Below, piece after piece: positions 27,551-32,422 of a stretch of DNA of 32,422 bases. Numbering within the stretch: the first letter of the stretch is position 1; each line of letters begins with the position of its first letter. The position numbers and the translations under genes are program-made. The DNA is from Candidatus Helarchaeota archaeon (lineage in GTDB: Archaea; Asgardarchaeota; Lokiarchaeia; Helarchaeales; RDOG01), in contig JALGVI010000030.1 of NCBI GenBank assembly GCA_029838215.1, forward strand, positions 1 through 32,422, read 5' to 3'. The notes below the pieces were generated by a model that saw only the letters and a program-made list of their open reading frames with translations, was not told where the DNA came from and made no database searches.

Positions 27551-28771
27551 TTATTTTAATTGATTTTTTCGTGCCTTTATCGAATGGATCATGTAATTTA
27601 ATTTCATCAATGAGTTTACGGCTTTCATTACAAGGACAATCTTTGAGTTGGTAAAGGCATTATTTTCGTATTCTTTTATCGTTCTCCGTGCGACCTTGAG
27701 CATGGCATCCAAAGCTTCTTCTTGGTTGGCTCCAAAATTCCAGCGTGGGTTCAGGCACGGAATGGTTTTTCGTTTTCGTAATAAAGTCCGGAAATCTTCT
27801 AAATCTTCCAATGGTCTTGAAAGGCATGTAGAGCCAGAACCGATTAATCGCATGTCATGAGCGTCCGAGTTTGCCACGGCGGGCAGGTTCCATTTTTTAC
27901 CAAATCGATCAGCCATCCAGTTGAAATAGCCCATGAGAAGAAGTAGTTTTCCGAATAGATTGCTGTGAGGCATTTCTGAAGCATGTTGGATGAAGAAGTC
28001 ATCAAAAATCAAGCCAGTCGATAAATTTATTGTTTCAAAACCATCGGCTTTTCTCCATGCTTCCAGATTTGCATCCTTATCAATTGTCGTGATTTGGCAA
28101 CCAGAAGGACCAAATGGATGCGGTAAGATAACGAGTCCCCCTTCCTCATGAACTTTCTCAATGAATTCTGCTGGCGGCATCAATCCGATTTTGGCCGTTC
28201 CACCCAATTTCGTGATGAAATCTCGAGGAATGCCCAGTGCCAAGATCTCGCGGTCAAACCGATCCCCTTTTTCCCTGTGACCCGTGTTAAATTCAGATCC
28301 AGAAAATACAATAAAGTGCTCGGGAAGCTTGCCGTTCTTCTTAAATTCATTTATCTTATCAACGAATTGCCACGATGCTTCCAAGCACTTGTCATTGGGG
28401 ATAAACCGTCCGTTCTCCGTAAACAGGGAATGATCCGTGAGTGAAATCCCATCAAGAAAGAGTCGCCCCTTATAATGAGTCCCTGCTAGATATTTAGCGA
28501 TATTTTCTATAGAATCGTGACCATCTGAAACGGAAGAATGCACGTGATTATCGTAATAAAATCCATTCACGTCAGGGCAGGAGTATGGATAGATATCTTG
28601 AGCCGCAGAGAGATATTTTAGAAAAAAGAGGGTTAATTGAGGAAGCTTTGCATACGGAGGAAGCCGCCTGTTCACGCGGAAATCTAAAAGATTCCATAGT
28701 CGTTTTGGCATTGGGAAATAATCGTCATTAATCTCGGGATTTGTTCGATATTTCTTAAAGACAGATGGCAT
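27551..28771 (-). CDS. PHP-domain metallophosphoesterase-like protein
   Basis: DNHVHSSVSDG, LTDH, GSEF, ILPHPF, ANSDAH. Confidence 0.85.
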   Translation of the reverse strand: MPSVFKKYRTNPEINDDYFPMPKRLWNLLDFRVNRRLPPYAKLPQLTLFFLKYLSAAQDIYPYSCPDVNGFYYDNHVHSSVSDGHDSIENIAKYLAGTHYKGRLFLDGISLTDHSLFTENGRFIPNDKCLEASWQFVDKINEFKKNGKLPEHFIVFSGSEFNTGHREKGDRFDREILALGIPRDFITKLGGTAKIGLMPPAEFIEKVHEEGGLVILPHPFGPSGCQITTIDKDANLEAWRKADGFETINLSTGLIFDDFFIQHASEMPHSNLFGKLLLLMGYFNWMADRFGKKWNLPAVANSDAHDMRLIGSGSTCLSRPLEDLEDFRTLLRKRKTIPCLNPRWNFGANQEEALDAMLKVARRTIKEYENNAFTNSKIVLVMKAVNSLMKLNYMIHSIKARKNQLK

Positions 28772-28795
28772 GCGATCACTGGTAAAAATTTTAGA

Positions 28796-29581
28796 TTAGA
28801 AAAAGCTCTCGTCAAGATATTTTTCCTTGAGTTTCTGGAGTAAATCTTTCTTTTCTTTACCCCTAGATTGAACCACTTCGAGTGCCTCATTTTCGATGGA
28901 CATTCCTTCAGCCAATCCCACGGAAGCACACTTGTCAAATACGGTTAATATTGACGACATCACGGTGGAATCCATTGAACCCAATTTTCGTGCAAGTTCC
29001 ATTCCTGCATTTTCCATTTCTTCTTTAGTATCGAACAATTGATCGATGAGACCCATTTTTTCTGCTAAGGGCACTTTAATCTTGTCTCCCGTGCACAGGA
29101 TGAATTTGGCATCAGATGGTTTTCGGACTATTTTCGAAGTAATCGTCATCCCTCCGTGTGTTGGAAACATGAATTTATATTTAATTTCAGGGAGTGAAAA
29201 CACCACATCTTTAGTACAATATCTGAAATCACAAGCGAAGGTCACGAGACATCCAATTCCAATGGCATATCCGTGCACTAAAGCGATTTTTGGCACGGGA
29301 AAGTTATAGAGAAGTCCCATGAATTCTTGTCCAGTGTTCAAGAATACATCAACATTTCCAGATTCTTTTAAATCAAATCCTGCACTGAATGCACGATTTC
29401 CACTTCCACGAATGACAATCACGCGGACTTTTGGATCTTTTTTAAGTTCAAGAAGTGCATCACGAAATAGCATGACTTGCTCACTATCAAAGAGATTCAT
29501 GTCTCCATTCGAGAGTGTAATTAATGCAATTCTTTTGATTCTTTCTACAATCACTTTTTTGTTTGGGTAATTATCACTCAT
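28796..29581 (-). CDS. enoyl-CoA hydratase/isomerase family protein
   Basis: RGSGNRAFSAGFDL, PKIALVHGYAIGIG, FSLPEI. Confidence 0.9.
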   Translation of the reverse strand: MSDNYPNKKVIVERIKRIALITLSNGDMNLFDSEQVMLFRDALLELKKDPKVRVIVIRGSGNRAFSAGFDLKESGNVDVFLNTGQEFMGLLYNFPVPKIALVHGYAIGIGCLVTFACDFRYCTKDVVFSLPEIKYKFMFPTHGGMTITSKIVRKPSDAKFILCTGDKIKVPLAEKMGLIDQLFDTKEEMENAGMELARKLGSMDSTVMSSILTVFDKCASVGLAEGMSIENEALEVVQSRGKEKKDLLQKLKEKYLDESFF

Positions 29582-29751
29582 GTTGCTAAACCACTGATGA
29601 TTAACCTTTTTTCAACCGACATCCGTGATTAATTTTTAGATTCAAATATATTTTCTTCAAATAACAAATTTTTTCAAAATTATAAAGATATTTATACAAA
29701 ATTAGACAGAAGCGATAACGTGGCATGTCTTTTTTGGGTATAAACAAGCCG

Positions 29752-29770
29752 AAAAGAAAAAAAAGAAAGA
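29752..29770 (-). terminator. U-rich terminator candidate after aIF5A
   Basis: A-rich tract on the plus strand just beyond the minus-strand stop at 29776. Confidence 0.4.
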
Positions 29771-29775
29771 ATATA

Positions 29776-30183
29776 TCACTTCGGACCTCGGACATTCATG
29801 ATTTTTCGTTGTCCCATGACATCCCAGTATTCTACTGTTGCGCCTTCCACGATCTTCTTGGAGAGATCGTCATCCTGAGGCATGTCGATTTCAAATGTCT
29901 CGTATGTTTCATTATCGGTCAACATTATCGTACTTCCCATAATTGCAGTAATAAGGGCTTGATTTTTTTCAATGATGGGCACGTCGACATTTGCATGGCT
30001 AGGGAACGTCAAACTTCTCTTATTACCATCAAATAGACCAACACATACGACTCGGCATTTTGCATGTCCGTGTTTGCCTGATTTTGAAACATCAACAGAA
30101 ACCACCTTGCACGGTTCGCCATTAACCAAGATATATTTCCCAGATTTCAATGCCCCTGCATGAGTACTCATCTTTGACAACAT
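29776..30183 (-). CDS. eif5a: translation factor aIF5A/eIF5A
   Basis: GEPCKVV, SKSGKHGHAK (hypusine Lys motif), VDVPIIEK. The start is ATG 30183 or GTG 30189. Confidence 0.97.
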   Translation of the reverse strand: MLSKMSTHAGALKSGKYILVNGEPCKVVSVDVSKSGKHGHAKCRVVCVGLFDGNKRSLTFPSHANVDVPIIEKNQALITAIMGSTIMLTDNETYETFEIDMPQDDDLSKKIVEGATVEYWDVMGQRKIMNVRGPK

Positions 30184-30474
30184 AAACACCTAAATTCTTT
30201 TCAATAATATTTGTCGAGTCTATTAATTATAATTACTTCTTATCAAGGAATTAATAAGGATTTAATAAAAAATTCGACATGTAGGATTTTTCAATTTAGA
30301 CGTGAAAAGGAATGAAAGAAATGAGATGAGACCCAAAATATTTCGAATTACGAATGAATTAGTGATTTTAAAAGGAGAATGAAGTCTTAGACCTGAAGAA
30401 ATCGGTAGTATTGAAAGAGTTTTCATGATAAAAAAGTTTAAGATTTTAATTTTAAACCTATATTTGAAATTTTT

Positions 30475-31377
30475 ATGAAGATTTTGGCGATCGTTAACTA
30501 TAGTGAATCACTCATGGAGAAAGCCGAATTAATCGAATTGCTCAAGACACGAGAGGAGTTTGTCAAGTGTTGTGGAAGAGATTTTACTCTCAACTTGATT
30601 TCAGACAAGTATAATTTAGTGTATAATGTCAAGGAACACGAAGATCTTCATATAAAAGTAGGATTAAGAGGATGGGGTCAATTCGAGTGGGAAATCATCA
30701 AAATCCTACACGAAAAGAAATATGTGGTGCCAGAACCGATATGTTTCATCCCTATCAGGAAGCACCATAATAATAATTGGGCTTTTGGTTCCTTGGAGCA
30801 AGTGGATGGTGTCCTAATATGCCGTTCTATCAGGGGTACGGATTTGTGGCAGTCCTTTTCTCTTGAGAATCTTCGAAAAGTCATTGAGCTTCTAAGAAAA
30901 GTCCATGCTGATGATTCAATTCGCGTTCCACTGATCGAGAATTATAAAAAGGCCGAAATCATGAGAGGTTTACATTATGCAAAACAATTCGATTTTGGAA
31001 CGTTTAGGGATGCTCTCTTTAAGAAGTTAAAGCATTATGATACGATATCGCTGAAAAAGCGTTTTATTCACGGTGATGCACGACCAGATCACTTTATTTT
31101 TACTAATGGAAATATCGGAATGATCGATTTCGAAGGTGCCTGCATGGGAGATCCCATTAAGGATTTTGGGACGCTAATTGCAGAGCTTTTAAACGGAGAC
31201 ATCGAACTAAATAATTTACAGGGATTAATATTTGAAGATTCATTTACGCCCGAGATTAAAGAAAGATTTGAGTTTTTCATGATACGGAGACTTTTGGTAA
31301 AAATGAAATATGAAAACTCGGTTAGTGCTAAATCAATAATAATAAACATACTTTCAGATAATTTTGACATATATTAG
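30475..31377 (+). CDS. APH/choline-kinase-like phosphotransferase
   Basis: HIKVG, FEWEII, VPEP, FIHGDARPDH, MIDFEG, DPIKDFG. Confidence 0.8.
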   Translation: MKILAIVNYSESLMEKAELIELLKTREEFVKCCGRDFTLNLISDKYNLVYNVKEHEDLHIKVGLRGWGQFEWEIIKILHEKKYVVPEPICFIPIRKHHNNNWAFGSLEQVDGVLICRSIRGTDLWQSFSLENLRKVIELLRKVHADDSIRVPLIENYKKAEIMRGLHYAKQFDFGTFRDALFKKLKHYDTISLKKRFIHGDARPDHFIFTNGNIGMIDFEGACMGDPIKDFGTLIAELLNGDIELNNLQGLIFEDSFTPEIKERFEFFMIRRLLVKMKYENSVSAKSIIINILSDNFDIY

Positions 31378-31394
31378 TTGGAGAACACGGGGAT

Positions 31395-31904
31395 TTGACT
31401 ACAAAAAAATACGTGTTAGATACTTCTGCGTTTCTTGGAGGAATTGACCCAAATATTCTTATAGGGATTGAACTTTTTACGGTCCCTGATGTGATCAAAG
31501 AGATAAAAACACGGCATGTCAGGGAAAAAGTCGACCTTGCAATCAAACTTGGACGGCTAAAGTTACTTGAACCAAGAGAAGATGACATCAAGATTATTTC
31601 AAGGGCGTGTGAGGAAACAGGAGACTTGAAATCGTTATCAACGGTAGATAAACTAGTTCTTGCCCTGACCTTGAGATTAAAGAATGAAGGAGAAAATCCA
31701 GTTTTATTAACAGATGATTATTCAATGCAGAACGTAGCGACTGCTTTAAAAATAGAATATAAAGCAATACAGGAAAAGGGAATTAAAAAGTTTTTGAAAT
31801 GGACAATTTATTGTCCCGGTTGCAATAAGAAATTTCCACCAGACACGAAATTAACTACGTGTGATGAATGCAATACGGAACTAAAACGTTTTAGCAGCGA
31901 GTAA
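31395..31904 (+). CDS. nob1: Nob1 rRNA-processing endonuclease (PIN domain + Zn ribbon)
   Basis: YVLDTSAFL, TVPDVIKEI, LSTVD, LLTDDYSMQNVA, CPGC...CDEC; TTG start. Confidence 0.93.
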   Translation: MTTKKYVLDTSAFLGGIDPNILIGIELFTVPDVIKEIKTRHVREKVDLAIKLGRLKLLEPREDDIKIISRACEETGDLKSLSTVDKLVLALTLRLKNEGENPVLLTDDYSMQNVATALKIEYKAIQEKGIKKFLKWTIYCPGCNKKFPPDTKLTTCDECNTELKRFSSE

Positions 31905-32110
31905 TATTCATGCATGGGAGTAATAATTGCGCCGATCTTTTCCGTACTCGCGGAGATTCTTAATTTCGGGATGAAATAAGAGATTTATTCGAAACCACTT
32001 CTACATGATCTTGTCAAAATAATGAGCCATTGAAGTTCTTGGTTTAATCATGTTCGGATCAATATCAAGTTTTTTAGTTATTAATTATCTTAGTTCTATT
32101 GGTGAGTGAA

Positions 32111-32287
32111 ATGAGTCCGATAGAAGTTACGTGTAAGAAGTGCGGTACGATTTTTCATGCACTTCTAGAGCAAATAGGGCATTTAACCTGTCCAAAATGT
32201 GGTGAAACAAAAGCATTTACAGTAATCCACAATTACGTGCCGTCAGAGCCGCTTTATGCCCCGGAGATTCCTCTTTATTTCGATTAA
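32111..32287 (+). CDS. small zinc-ribbon protein (FmdB-like pattern)
   Basis: MSPIEVTCKKCGTIF...CPKCGE; GGTGA SD 5 nt upstream of ATG 32111. Confidence 0.7.
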   Translation: MSPIEVTCKKCGTIFHALLEQIGHLTCPKCGETKAFTVIHNYVPSEPLYAPEIPLYFD

Positions 32288-32300
32288 TTTTTTCTTTTTT
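32288..32300 (+). terminator. U-rich terminator candidate
   Basis: TTTTTTCTTTTTT right after the stop codon. Confidence 0.45.
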
Positions 32301-32422
32301 GTTTAATTAGAGAATTTTCAATTTCCCATGACCGACAAAAATATATAAATCTAACTGCTTTTTCCAAAATCTCCTAGACCGTAAGAGATATAAAGGTTTG
32401 AGAGAACTATAGACCGGTCAAT

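Noticed and set aside
23194-31377. Genome-wide TAG reassignment
   Set aside because: TAG terminates the M28 and kinase genes at plausible ends, and read-through adds only short tails. The rarity of TAG alone is not evidence.
32111-32287. LysW-type carrier for the ATP-grasp ligase
   Set aside because: It lacks the C-terminal EDWGE motif and lies about 19 kb from the ligase.

Overview
Gene-dense, AT-rich archaeal chromosomal window, most likely from an Asgard archaeon (Lokiarchaeia/Helarchaeales-like). This is inferred from archaeal information genes (Rpo6/RpoK, aIF5A, Nob1, Ard1) sitting beside three Rab-like small GTPases and two Rpn11-like JAMM/MPN proteins. The left third (about 1-11.5 kb) is rich in eukaryote-signature-type genes: an MPN+ protein with a histone-H1-like Lys tail, RpoK with an H1-like N-terminal arm, a TPR-MPN-tandem winged-helix fusion directly downstream of a Rab-like GTPase gene, and two Rab-like GTPases that share a C-terminal domain I do not recognise and flank a membrane transglutaminase-like protein. 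The middle holds an ATP-grasp ligase/HesB-like pair and a nitrogen-assimilation block (gdhA, nadE, glnA). The right part holds lipid and amino-acid catabolism genes (acyl-CoA synthetase with an SCP2-like insertion, M28 peptidase, Lrp, a second GDH, three crotonases, a PHP protein) and translation or ribosome-biogenesis genes. I saw no rRNA, tRNA, CRISPR array or mobile element. All calls come from motif recognition by eye; no searches were run, so novelty claims are unverified.
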